From Lachnospiraceae bacterium (GTDB lineage: Bacteria > Bacillota > Clostridia > Lachnospirales > Lachnospiraceae), in contig JAZQDM010000063.1 in assembly GCA_045546775.1 (NCBI GenBank), positions 25,864 through 89,863 of the forward strand: DNA of 64,000 bases, written 5' to 3'. A model generated the notes under the pieces. It saw only the letters and a list, made by a program, of their open reading frames with translations, did not search any database and had not been told where the DNA came from. This document shows, one piece after another, positions 19,741 to 29,250 of this stretch (positions are counted from its first letter, which is position 1; each line of letters opens with the position of its first letter). A program made the position numbers and the translations under genes.

Positions 19741-21180
19741 ATGCTTTTTTCAAGCACGACATTTTTATTTTTGTTTTTACCGATTGTATTTTTGCTTTAT
19801 TATTTTGCAAAAGAAAAATATAGAAATATCATTTTGCTCGTCGCAAGTATTTATTTTTATGCGTATGGCGAGCCTAAATTTGTCTATGTGATGCTGACAT
19901 CCATTGCACTGAATTATTTGTTTGCGATTGCAATGGAAAAAATGCAGGCAAAGCAAAAAGGATGCAAAGCAATATTGGCAATTGCAGTTATTTTGAATCT
20001 TTCGATTTTGTTTGTATGCAAATATTTGAATTTCACAATTTCTATTATTGACAGTTTGTTTGGTGATATTTTGGAAAAATTGCCGATTGTGTTGCCGATT
20101 GGTATTTCGTTCTACACATTCCAGGCAATCTCCTATTTGGTGGATGTTTACCGAAAAGAAGTGAAGGCACAGAAAAATCCGATTAATATGGCACTTTATA
20201 TTTCCTTCTTTCCGCAACTTATCGCCGGACCTATTGTGCGTTACAAAACGATGGCATACGCGCTGGAACATAGAAAAGAGACATGGGAAGATGCAGCATA
20301 TGGTGTGCGCAGATTCTTGATAGGCCTCGGGAAAAAGATTATATTGGCCAATCATATGAGCATTATGGCAGAGTATGCATTTGGATTTGAAAATTACGGA
20401 ACGCTTCCGGTAGCGATGGCATGGCTTGGAGCGATTAGCTTCTCGCTTCAAATCTATTTTGATTTTTCGGGATACTCCGATATGGCAATCGGCCTTGGCA
20501 GGATGTTTGGTTTTCATTTTGAAGAAAACTTCAACTATCCTTACGCTGCCACGAGCATTACGGATTTTTGGCGCAGATGGCACATTTCCTTGAGTGCCTG
20601 GTTTAGAGATTATGTGTACATTCCGCTGGGCGGTTCCAGAGTAAACGGAAAAAGACATATTTTTAACCTTTTTGTTGTTTGGTGTACAACCGGAATATGG
20701 CACGGAGCTGCATGGAATTTCCTGGTGTGGGGACTTGCATATTTCGTCCTCTTGATTTTTGAAAAGTATGTGGTGCGTCCGGAAAAAATGAAAAACAAAA
20801 TGGTGAAAATATTGTACCGGGTTGGGACACTTTTGTGTGTGAATTTTTTGTGGGTATTGTTTAATGCCACAGCGGCGTCCGGTATGAGCGCGTTGCGCCG
20901 CGGAGCGGGCTACTGTTTGTCCATGATCGGATGCAACGGAAATCCTATTTTTACAGCGGATGTCTTGTTTTACATAAGACAGTATGGAGTTTTCCTTCTT
21001 ATTGCGCTCTTCACTTCGGCACCGATTTTGCCTAAGTTAAAACAGTTTATGAGCAAAAAGAAAGCAGGAGCGCTTGTTTGGGAAATCACAGCGTGTCTGG
21101 GACTTGTAGTGATATTTTTGTATTGTGTTGCAAATCTTGTTATGGGTTCACACAATCCGTTTATTTATTTTAATTTTTAA
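19741..21180 (+). CDS. MBOAT-family membrane O-acyltransferase (AlgI/DltB/PatA-like), copy 1
   Basis: MLFSSTTFLFLFLPIV N-terminus, FWRRWHISLSAWFRDYVYIPLGGSR block with the conserved His. Confidence 0.85.
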   Translation: MLFSSTTFLFLFLPIVFLLYYFAKEKYRNIILLVASIYFYAYGEPKFVYVMLTSIALNYLFAIAMEKMQAKQKGCKAILAIAVILNLSILFVCKYLNFTISIIDSLFGDILEKLPIVLPIGISFYTFQAISYLVDVYRKEVKAQKNPINMALYISFFPQLIAGPIVRYKTMAYALEHRKETWEDAAYGVRRFLIGLGKKIILANHMSIMAEYAFGFENYGTLPVAMAWLGAISFSLQIYFDFSGYSDMAIGLGRMFGFHFEENFNYPYAATSITDFWRRWHISLSAWFRDYVYIPLGGSRVNGKRHIFNLFVVWCTTGIWHGAAWNFLVWGLAYFVLLIFEKYVVRPEKMKNKMVKILYRVGTLLCVNFLWVLFNATAASGMSALRRGAGYCLSMIGCNGNPIFTADVLFYIRQYGVFLLIALFTSAPILPKLKQFMSKKKAGALVWEITACLGLVVIFLYCVANLVMGSHNPFIYFNF

Positions 21181-21195
21181 GGACAGGTATTTTTT

Positions 21196-22350
21196 ATGAA
21201 ACGATTTGATAAGGAAAAAATCAATATTAAAAAATTGCCGGAATATAGTCTGGCGGTGGCGTTTTTCCTATTCATCATTTTTACGGGATATTTTAGCCTT
21301 AAAAATTATTGGGAAGTAAAAACATCCGGTGTGATGGCAACTCCGGATGGATATTCTGTAGAAAATGAATTTGAGGAAAATTTTAATATCTTGTTGTGGA
21401 ATGAAAATAAATACGTAGAGTATTACGGCTTGGTGGCAAAGCTGCTCGGACAGCCGATGTTGAATGAAACATACAAGATGGACAACGGTTATCTCACTGC
21501 GTTAGAGCCGCAGGTTTCCGAGGAAATGCTTCAGGCAAATGCGGATAATATGTTGGAATTGCAACAGTATTTGGAGCAAAGCGGAAGCAAGCTTTTGTAT
21601 GTGCAGACGCCATACAAAGTAAGCAAATATGACAATCAACTTCCGGCAGGTGTAACCGATTACAGCAACCAAAATATGGATATTTTTTTGGAGAAGCTTG
21701 CTGGTAACGGTGTGGATACCATTGACATGCGTGAAGAAATGTATCGGGACGGTATCAATCAGTACGATTATTTTTACCGGACAGATCATCACTGGACTAC
21801 CGAAGGCGGTTTTTATGCTTACGTCAAAATTGCCGACTTTTTGGAAAAAGAATATGGGATTGCAATAGATGCCCAAGTAAAAAATATCGATAATTACCGC
21901 ACAGACGTGTACGAGCAATGGCATCTTGGCACCAATGGGCAGCGTACCGGAATCAAATACGGCGGCATAGACGATTTCCATGTGCTTGTACCGGAGTTTG
22001 ATACGGCAGTGGTTAATGTGGGCACCGGACAGAGTGGTAATTTTTATGATGTTCTTATTGAGCAGTCTGTGTTGAAAGAAAAAACCCGTGCAGTGTATGA
22101 TTTGGCATACAGCAGAACGTTGGGCGGTATGTTCCAAAGTCCGAATGCGGCCAATGATGCCACTGTGCTTATTGTGACGGATTCCATGGGAAAAGTGGTC
22201 AATCCATACATGATATTATCTTACAAAAATGTGTACACAAACGGTTATAACATTACAAAAGAACTTCTTGATACATTGCAGCCGGACGTGGTGGTTTACA
22301 TCAGTTATGCAACAAATCTTGCAGAAAGCAATTTTGATGTCATCAAATAA
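21196..22350 (+). CDS. DHHW-motif protein (AlgX/AlgJ-like partner of MBOAT)
   Basis: N-terminal TM anchor. Literal motif FYRTDHHWTTEGGFYAY. 15 nt after the MBOAT gene. Confidence 0.8.
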   Translation: MKRFDKEKINIKKLPEYSLAVAFFLFIIFTGYFSLKNYWEVKTSGVMATPDGYSVENEFEENFNILLWNENKYVEYYGLVAKLLGQPMLNETYKMDNGYLTALEPQVSEEMLQANADNMLELQQYLEQSGSKLLYVQTPYKVSKYDNQLPAGVTDYSNQNMDIFLEKLAGNGVDTIDMREEMYRDGINQYDYFYRTDHHWTTEGGFYAYVKIADFLEKEYGIAIDAQVKNIDNYRTDVYEQWHLGTNGQRTGIKYGGIDDFHVLVPEFDTAVVNVGTGQSGNFYDVLIEQSVLKEKTRAVYDLAYSRTLGGMFQSPNAANDATVLIVTDSMGKVVNPYMILSYKNVYTNGYNITKELLDTLQPDVVVYISYATNLAESNFDVIK

Positions 22351-22411
22351 TTGTCGAAATGAAACGATTTTGCAAGTGCGGCAAGCAAAATGTAAGCTTC
22401 TACAATAAAAC

Positions 22412-22440
22412 TTGCACACCAACAAAGCTTGAATTATAAT
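22412..22440 (+). promoter_or_regulatory. Sigma-A promoter of the aconitase-family gene
   Basis: TTGCAC, 17 nt, TATAAT. Confidence 0.55.
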
Positions 22441-22528
22441 AAGGACTTGGCAGAGTAATATTTTGTAGAAATATAGGAAAATGCGTGAAAGCCGATTTTG
22501 CGCAAAAGAGAAAGGAAAGGTTATAGAT

Positions 22529-24817
22529 ATGATTCAGTTGTATGACGGCGGAGCTTATCTTGTAAACGGAACCGAATTGATTCCGGACAACAACGAAGCT
22601 GTAAGCGCCATTAAAAGTAAAACAGGAAAAGAAGTAACAAAAGAATCCGCAGCAAAGGAAACGATTGCATACGGAATTTTGAGTAATCATAATACATCAG
22701 GGAACATGGATAAGTTAAAAATCAAATTTGATAAGTTGACTTCCCATGATATTACATTCGTAGGAATTATCCAGACTGCACGTGCGTCAGGACTTCAGAA
22801 ATTCCCGATTCCTTATGTACTCACAAACTGCCACAACTCTCTTTGTGCAGTAGGTGGAACAATCAACGAAGATGACCACATGTTTGGTCTTACTTGTGCA
22901 AAAAAATACGGTGGTGTGTATGTACCGCCTCATCAGGCAGTTATTCATCAGTTTGCAAGAGAAATGCTTGCAGGCGGCGGCAAGATGATTTTAGGCTCTG
23001 ACTCTCATACACGTTACGGTGCCCTTGGTACAATGGCAATGGGTGAAGGTGGTCCGGAGCTTGTAAAACAGCTTTTGAATCAGACTTACGACATTAATAT
23101 GCCGGGTGTTGTTGCTGTTTATTTGAAAGGAGAACCGGTAAAAGGTGTAGGTCCGCAGGACGTTGCACTTGCGATTATCGGTGCTGTATTCGGCAATGGC
23201 TATGTAAAAAATAAAGTAATGGAATTCGTTGGACCGGGTGTTGCATCTTTGAGTGCAGATTTCCGTATCGGTATCGATGTCATGACAACAGAGACAACTT
23301 GTCTTTCTTCTATTTGGAAGACAGATGATACAATCAAAGAGTTTTATGATATTCACGCAAGAGGCGAAGAATACAAAGAACTTAATCCGGGCGAAGTTGC
23401 ATACTATGACGGCGTAATCGAAGTAGACTTAAGCAAAGTAAGACCGATGATTGCTATGCCGTTCCATCCGAGCAACACATACACAATCGAAGAGTTAAAT
23501 GCAAACCTCATGGATATTTTGGATGATGTAGAAAAACGCGCAGCAGTAAGCCTTGACAATGCAGTTGAGTACACATTAAAGAACAAAGTAAGAAACGGCA
23601 AATTTGTTGTAGACCAGGGTATTATCGCAGGTTGTGCAGGCGGTGGATTTGAAAACATCTGTGCGGCAGCAGATATTATGAAAGGCAGCTACATCGGTTG
23701 TGACGAATTTACATTGAGCGTATATCCGGCATCCACACCGATTTATATGGAACTTATGAAAAACGGTTGCGCTGCAACATTGTTGGAAACAGGTGCAATT
23801 TTAAAAACGGCATTCTGCGGTCCTTGCTTTGGTGCAGGCGATACACCGGCTAACAATGCATTCAGTATCCGTCACTCTACAAGAAACTTCCCGAACAGAG
23901 AAGGTTCTAAATTGCAGAGCGGACAGATTTCTTCCGTTGCCCTTATGGACGCACGTTCCATCGCAGCAACAGCAGCAAACAAAGGTGTACTTACACCGGC
24001 AACTGATTTTGACGGAGAAATCGGCAAATACAAATATCATTTTGATACAAATATTTACGCAAACCGCGTATTTGATTCCAAGGGCGTTGCAGACGAGTCT
24101 GTAGATATCCACTTTGGCCCGAACATCAAAGACTGGCCGGCAATGGGCGCACTTCCGGAAAACATGGTACTTCGTGTTGTTTCTGAAATTCATGATCCGG
24201 TTACAACAACAGACGAACTGATTCCGTCCGGAGAGACATCCTCTTACCGTTCTAACCCGTTAGGACTTGCAGAGTTTACACTTTCCAGAAAAGACCCGAA
24301 CTACGTTGGTCTTGCGAAAGATATGCAGAAAGCGCAGACTGCAGTGATGAACGGTACTTGTCCGGTAGAAGCAAAACCGGAATTGAAAGAAGTGATGGAA
24401 GCAATCAAGAAAGAATATCCGGAAGTAGGAAAAGGAAATGTAGGCTTCGGTTCTACCATCTTTGCTGTAAAACCGGGTGACGGTTCTGCGAGAGAACAGG
24501 CTGCTTCCTGCCAGAAAGTATTGGGCGGCTGGGCAAACATCGCAAACGAATATGCAACGAAGAGATACCGCTCCAACTTGATTAACTGGGGTATGCTTCC
24601 GTTCTTGATTGAAGAAGGTGAGCTTCCGTTTGCAAACAAAGATTATTTGTTCATTCCGAACATCAAAAAAGCAGTAGAAGAAAAAGCAGAAGAAATCAAA
24701 GCATACAAAGTAAGCGAAGACGGACTCAAAGAATTCACATTAAGACTTGGTGAATTGACAGACGAAGAACGTCAGATTATTTTGAAAGGCTGCTTAATCA
24801 ACTACAACCGCGTGTAA
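22529..24817 (+). CDS. Aconitase-family hydratase (aconitate hydratase-like)
   Basis: GSDSHTRYG, Fe-S ligand region CGPCFGAGD, swivel-domain motif [10 protein letters not shown]. Start set at MIQLYDGG. Confidence 0.85.
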   Translation: MIQLYDGGAYLVNGTELIPDNNEAVSAIKSKTGKEVTKESAAKETIAYGILSNHNTSGNMDKLKIKFDKLTSHDITFVGIIQTARASGLQKFPIPYVLTNCHNSLCAVGGTINEDDHMFGLTCAKKYGGVYVPPHQAVIHQFAREMLAGGGKMILGSDSHTRYGALGTMAMGEGGPELVKQLLNQTYDINMPGVVAVYLKGEPVKGVGPQDVALAIIGAVFGNGYVKNKVMEFVGPGVASLSADFRIGIDVMTTETTCLSSIWKTDDTIKEFYDIHARGEEYKELNPGEVAYYDGVIEVDLSKVRPMIAMPFHPSNTYTIEELNANLMDILDDVEKRAAVSLDNAVEYTLKNKVRNGKFVVDQGIIAGCAGGGFENICAAADIMKGSYIGCDEFTLSVYPASTPIYMELMKNGCAATLLETGAILKTAFCGPCFGAGDTPANNAFSIRHSTRNFPNREGSKLQSGQISSVALMDARSIAATAANKGVLTPATDFDGEIGKYKYHFDTNIYANRVFDSKGVADESVDIHFGPNIKDWPAMGALPENMVLRVVSEIHDPVTTTDELIPSGETSSYRSNPLGLAEFTLSRKDPNYVGLAKDMQKAQTAVMNGTCPVEAKPELKEVMEAIKKEYPEVGKGNVGFGSTIFAVKPGDGSAREQAASCQKVLGGWANIANEYATKRYRSNLINWGMLPFLIEEGELPFANKDYLFIPNIKKAVEEKAEEIKAYKVSEDGLKEFTLRLGELTDEERQIILKGCLINYNRV

Positions 24818-24865
24818 AGTGCGGATTTGACGTGTCGTTTTTGGCATGGCGTGTCAAAATAAGTA

Positions 24866-24892
24866 TAAAGTTTAAGGCATATCATCCGATAT
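24866..24892 (+). promoter_or_regulatory. Sigma-28 (SigD/FliA)-like promoter
   Basis: TAAA (24866-24869), N15, tCCGATAT (24885-24892), against the consensus TAAA-N15-GCCGATAT. Confidence 0.4.
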
Positions 24893-24935
24893 AAGTAATA
24901 CAAGTAGCGTTACTTAAATAAAATGAGAGAGCCAA

Positions 24936-24987
24936 GGACGGTAAAGAAAGGAAAAAGGAGTTTTCCCCGATTTACCGTCCTTTTTGT
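24936..24987 (+). terminator. Long hairpin with T-tract (aconitase terminator and/or leader attenuator)
   Basis: GGACGGTAAA...TTTACCGTCC with inner GGAAAA/TTTTCC pairing, then TTTTTGTTTG. Confidence 0.6.
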
Positions 24988-25034
24988 TTGGCACACGGAT
25001 GTGAAAACGAAGGGGCACCAAAGGAGGCAGAAGT

Positions 25035-26093
25035 GTGCGAATAAGTTCATCCAATCTGGATATGTACGCAGACAGGACGTACTCGGTTGAAAATTACGAA
25101 AATACGGTTGTAAACGGCGTTGTTTTGGCGGACAGTGCAGACCGGGAACAGACGATTTCCTACAAAACAGAAACCACTACCGTATATGTCAAAAAAATCT
25201 CTACAGCACGAGAAAAGCAGGATGCACGGACCATCAAACAATACTGTATTCAATATTTGCTGGAAGCACTTTTTGCAAACAGAGAGCGCATAAGAACCGG
25301 CAAAAATGTGCAAAGTTTTACGTATGAGGAATGGATTGCAAGAAAGGAAACACGCTCCATCACACAATATGCAAAAGAGGCAAATATTTTGAAGATGGCA
25401 GCGCAAGGCACGGCAAAAATCCAGACTGCGCTTGAAAGCAGCCGGACGTGTTATTTTAGCGAAAAGGAGCGTACTGCATATCAGACGAGCGGAAAAGTCG
25501 TTACAGCGGACGGAAGAGAAATTGAATTCAATTTGCAGTTTGCCATGAGCCGCAGTTTTGAAAAATATTACAACGAGCGCTATGAGACGAGTGTAGTATC
25601 GTTTTGTGACCCTCTTGTCATCAATCTTGACTCAACCATGCCGGAAGTATCGGATCAAAAATTTTTGTTTGATATAGATGCGGATGGTGTGCTCGATACA
25701 ATCTCTAAGCTTTCCGGAAAGAGCGGTTACCTTGCCATTGACAAAAATAACGATGGAACCGTGAACGACGGAAGTGAATTGTTTGGCACGAAAAGCGGCG
25801 ATGGGTTTGCTGATTTGGCGCAGTATGACAGCGATAAAAACGGCTGGATTGACGAAGCGGACGATATCTGGAAAAAGCTTATGATTTGGACGGAAGATGA
25901 AACCGGAAAAGCGGCGTTGTATCATATTTCCGAAAAAGGAATCGGGGCAATTTGTCTCGCCAATACGGCTACCGATTTTTCCTTAAATTCCTTAAAGACA
26001 AATCAGACCAATGCGATGGTACGTAGCACCGGGATTTTTCTTTATGAAAATGGAGGAGTAGGTACGGTGCAACACATGGACTTGGCAGTCTGA
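25035..26093 (+). CDS. Hypothetical protein with three DxDxDG-type calcium-binding-like motifs
   Basis: GTG start 7 nt after AGGAGG. Motifs DIDADGVLD, DKNNDGTVNDGSELFG and DSDKNGWIDEADD. No signal peptide or TM visible. Confidence 0.65.
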   Translation: MRISSSNLDMYADRTYSVENYENTVVNGVVLADSADREQTISYKTETTTVYVKKISTAREKQDARTIKQYCIQYLLEALFANRERIRTGKNVQSFTYEEWIARKETRSITQYAKEANILKMAAQGTAKIQTALESSRTCYFSEKERTAYQTSGKVVTADGREIEFNLQFAMSRSFEKYYNERYETSVVSFCDPLVINLDSTMPEVSDQKFLFDIDADGVLDTISKLSGKSGYLAIDKNNDGTVNDGSELFGTKSGDGFADLAQYDSDKNGWIDEADDIWKKLMIWTEDETGKAALYHISEKGIGAICLANTATDFSLNSLKTNQTNAMVRSTGIFLYENGGVGTVQHMDLAV

Positions 26094-26111
26094 GGAATAG
26101 TGAAAGCAAAA

Positions 26112-26140
26112 GAATATCATGTGGGACATGCGCATACAAT
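26112..26140 (+). promoter_or_regulatory. SigE-like mother-cell promoter of spoIID
   Basis: GAATATC (26112-26118), 14 nt, CATACAAT (26133-26140). Compare kmATAtt-N14-CATACAnT. Confidence 0.4.
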
Positions 26141-26155
26141 GAAGTAAAGAATTGT

Positions 26156-27067
26156 ATGGAATGTCGCATGAAAAAGCAAACAAAAAACGCAACCATGCAA
26201 AGTTCGGGGTGGACCACGATTTGCATGGTTTTTTGTATTTTGGTATTTCTTCCGTTTAATATTGCGTTGGTTGTTATAAACGGAGAGAAAAACGAACCGC
26301 GAGAGGAGTCGGTCTTTTCCTCGGAACTGGAATGGCAGGTGTTGCATCTGTTGGCATATAGTATGCCTATCTCGTATGAGCAGGAGGCACTGAAAGCGCA
26401 GGCTGTCATAGTGCGCACCAATTTGTTGACCGGTGAGCTGGAAGAAGACAACGCTCCGTTGTTGCATTTTTACAAGTCCGTCTGGGGTGATGCATACGAG
26501 GAAAATTGTGAAAAATTGATGAATGCCGTAAAAAGTACGGAAGGCATGTATTTGGAAAGTGACGGAAAACCGGTATACGTGCCGTTTTTTCGGTTGAGCA
26601 ACGGCAGCACAAGAGATGCCGTCGAATGTAAAATGGATTCGTACAGCTATTTAGCCAAAGTTACTTGTAAAGAGGACTTGCCATCCAAACAATATTTAGC
26701 AAAAAAACTACAGGATAAAACCGCATTTTGTGCAAAGATAAACGGATTGTTGCAAACACAATTTACCTATGAACAGCTACAGGCGTTGGAAGTAACTTAT
26801 ACACAAGACAGTGCGGGCTATGTTTTATACGTAAATTTTGGAAATTACCGGATTGGCGGAGAGGTGTTTCGACAAGCTTTTTCGCTACCTTCCTCCGATT
26901 TTTCGATTACTTATTTGGGCGAAAATGTTGAGCTGGAAACGAGAGGAATCGGAAGCGGATTTGGTTTTTCCCAATATTGTGCAAACGAAATGGCAAAACA
27001 GGGCAAAGATTTTTTTGATTTGCTAAATTACTTTTTTACAAATATTGCAATATCAAAAACTGAATAA
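26156..27067 (+). CDS. spoIID: Stage II sporulation protein D-like (SpoIID/LytB domain)
   Basis: EALKAQAVIVRTN and GSGFGFSQYCANEMAKQGKDFFDLLNYFF match SpoIID signature blocks. N-terminal TM. Start could be ATG 26168. Confidence 0.8.
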   Translation: MECRMKKQTKNATMQSSGWTTICMVFCILVFLPFNIALVVINGEKNEPREESVFSSELEWQVLHLLAYSMPISYEQEALKAQAVIVRTNLLTGELEEDNAPLLHFYKSVWGDAYEENCEKLMNAVKSTEGMYLESDGKPVYVPFFRLSNGSTRDAVECKMDSYSYLAKVTCKEDLPSKQYLAKKLQDKTAFCAKINGLLQTQFTYEQLQALEVTYTQDSAGYVLYVNFGNYRIGGEVFRQAFSLPSSDFSITYLGENVELETRGIGSGFGFSQYCANEMAKQGKDFFDLLNYFFTNIAISKTE

Positions 27068-27135
27068 GCGAATCAATTTCGGCAAGACTATTTCTATAAC
27101 TTAAAGATGACAAAGAAAGGAGAAGTTATAGAAAT

Positions 27136-28017
27136 ATGAAAAGAAGAAATAGAAGATATGGCAAAGCCGGAAAAGAACGTGTTGTAATGTTTGCAGCTTC
27201 TGTATTCGTTTTGGGTGCGTTGACGTTGACCGGTGTGTATGTAAAAGAGAGTAATACAAAACAAAATGACGATGGATATTCCATTGATTTAAGTTCCTTA
27301 GAAAAAAAGAATGATACAACAAAAAATCAGGCGGATGTGGCACTGGAGGAAACGGACAAGCCGATCAGTGTACAAAATCCGGACGCTTCTTATGAGTTGG
27401 ATTTTGAAGTTGTATTGGAAGAAGGCGAATTGGACAAAGATGATTTGGCAGCCAGAGTAGAAGGAGAAAGCAATGAAAAAGAAACTGCGCAAGATGCGAC
27501 GAATGATACAGCGAAAGAAGATGCACAAAAAATTGATGAAAATGAAAAAGAAGATGATGGGGAAAGTACATCGGCTTCTACAACAACGTGGCAAGCGTTG
27601 CAGTTTCAAGAAGAAGATGGCCTTGTTTGGCCTACGGTAGGCGATATTTTGATCAATTACAGTATGGATCAGACCGTATATTTCCCAACGTTAGCACAGT
27701 ACAAATATAACCCTGCCATTATCATTTCTGCAGCAGAGGGCAAGACAATAGTTGCGGCAGCAGATGCACAAGTATTGGAAATCTTTGAAGATGATGAAAT
27801 CGGAACAGCAGTGAAAATGGATTTGGGCAGCGGATATGAACTCGTTTACGGACAACTTTCCGACGTGCAGGTAAGCAAAGGAAGCTATGTAAAAGCAGGC
27901 GATGTTGTGGGCACGGTTGGAGCACCTACAAAATATTACAGCGTGGAAGGAAGCAATCTTTATGTGAAAGTGACAAAAGACGGAACCCCGATTAACCCGC
28001 TTTCCTTGTTGCAATAG
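27136..28017 (+). CDS. SpoIIQ-like membrane protein with degenerate LytM (M23) domain
   Basis: TM anchor, acidic linker, then an M23 fold in which the metal ligands appear replaced (NPAIIIS for HxxxD, LVYGQL for xxYxHL, NLYVKV for HLHFE). Confidence 0.65.
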   Translation: MKRRNRRYGKAGKERVVMFAASVFVLGALTLTGVYVKESNTKQNDDGYSIDLSSLEKKNDTTKNQADVALEETDKPISVQNPDASYELDFEVVLEEGELDKDDLAARVEGESNEKETAQDATNDTAKEDAQKIDENEKEDDGESTSASTTTWQALQFQEEDGLVWPTVGDILINYSMDQTVYFPTLAQYKYNPAIIISAAEGKTIVAAADAQVLEIFEDDEIGTAVKMDLGSGYELVYGQLSDVQVSKGSYVKAGDVVGTVGAPTKYYSVEGSNLYVKVTKDGTPINPLSLLQ

Positions 28018-28027
28018 AAGGTGCTTT

Positions 28028-29194
28028 ATGAGTCGTATATTGATTAAAAATGGTAAAATAATGACGATGGCAGGATACATCCATGAAAATGGATGTATTT
28101 TGCTGGAAGAAGGAAAAATTCAAGCAGTCGGAAATATTCAAATAGATGAAACAGCCAAAGAGACAACGGTGCTGGATGTCGCCGGTGCATGGGTTATGCC
28201 CGGATTGATAGAAGCCCATTGTCATTTGGGAATTACCGAAGAAAAGAAAGGTATGGAAGGCGACGACTGCAATGAAAATGTGGAGCCCATTACCCCGTAT
28301 TTGCGGGCCATCGATGGAATCAATCCGATGGATGCCGCTTTTGATGATGCAGTCCGGGCAGGCATCACAGCCGCTATGATTGGTCCGGGCAGTTCCAACG
28401 TTGTGGGAGGCCAGTTTGCACTGGTCAAAACAAAAGGACGCTGCATTGATGATTTGGTGGTAAAGGCGCCGGCTGCAATGAAAGTTGCGTTTGGAGAAAA
28501 TCCAAAAGTCAATTTCAGCGGACAAGGGAAAATGCCGGTTACGAGAATGGCAATTGCCGGTATGCTGCGCAAAGAACTTTTTGCGGCAAAACAATACGCA
28601 AAGCAAAAAGAACAGGGCGGTGCCGATTTTGAAGAAGATTTTCAGTATGAAAGCTGGCTGCCGGTACTGCGCGGAGAAATTCCGTTAAAAGCGCATGCAC
28701 ATCGGGTGGATGACATTTTTACCGCAATACGCATTGCAAAAGAGTTTGGTGTAAACATGACATTGGATCATTGCAGCGAAGGGCATCTGGTGGCAGAGTA
28801 CGTTTTGGAAAGCGGTTTCCCGGCAATTGTAGGTCCGGATTTTGCCAGCCGTAACAAAATTGAAGTACAAAATATGGCATTCAAAACAGCCGGTATTTTG
28901 GCAAAAGAGGGTGTGACAGTTGCCATTACAACCGACCACCCGGTTACGATTATAGGCAGTCTGCCGTTGTGCGCCGGTATGGCAGTAAAAGCCGGATTGC
29001 CCATGATGGAAGGACTAAAAGCCATCACGATAAATGCGGCTGTCATCTGCGGAGTGGAAGACCGGATGGGAAGCATAGAGGCCGGAAAAGATGCGGACAT
29101 TGCCATCTTTTCGGGGAATCCGATGGAAGTTTTTACACAGACGCTTTGCACCATTATTGACGGCGAGATTGTGTATCGGAAAGAGGGCTTTTAG
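28028..29194 (+). CDS. Metal-dependent amidohydrolase
   Basis: PGLIEAHCHLG HxH motif, C-terminal GSIEAGKDADI motif. Confidence 0.85.
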   Translation: MSRILIKNGKIMTMAGYIHENGCILLEEGKIQAVGNIQIDETAKETTVLDVAGAWVMPGLIEAHCHLGITEEKKGMEGDDCNENVEPITPYLRAIDGINPMDAAFDDAVRAGITAAMIGPGSSNVVGGQFALVKTKGRCIDDLVVKAPAAMKVAFGENPKVNFSGQGKMPVTRMAIAGMLRKELFAAKQYAKQKEQGGADFEEDFQYESWLPVLRGEIPLKAHAHRVDDIFTAIRIAKEFGVNMTLDHCSEGHLVAEYVLESGFPAIVGPDFASRNKIEVQNMAFKTAGILAKEGVTVAITTDHPVTIIGSLPLCAGMAVKAGLPMMEGLKAITINAAVICGVEDRMGSIEAGKDADIAIFSGNPMEVFTQTLCTIIDGEIVYRKEGF

Positions 29195-29250
29195 TTTTTA
29201 TAAAAAAGAGTTATAATACAAAAGATTAAAGTTTAGCGAGACAAGTCTCT

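Noticed and set aside
19777-20703. 308-aa ORF antisense to MBOAT copy 1. Similar long antisense ORFs occur at 43393-44241, 47711-48589, 32331-33152, 37237-37932, 60290-60958, 21502-22137 and 46207-46881.
   Set aside because: All lie fully inside confidently assigned genes on the other strand. They have low-complexity, Cys/His/Phe/Arg-rich translations and no RBS, so they are typical shadow ORFs.
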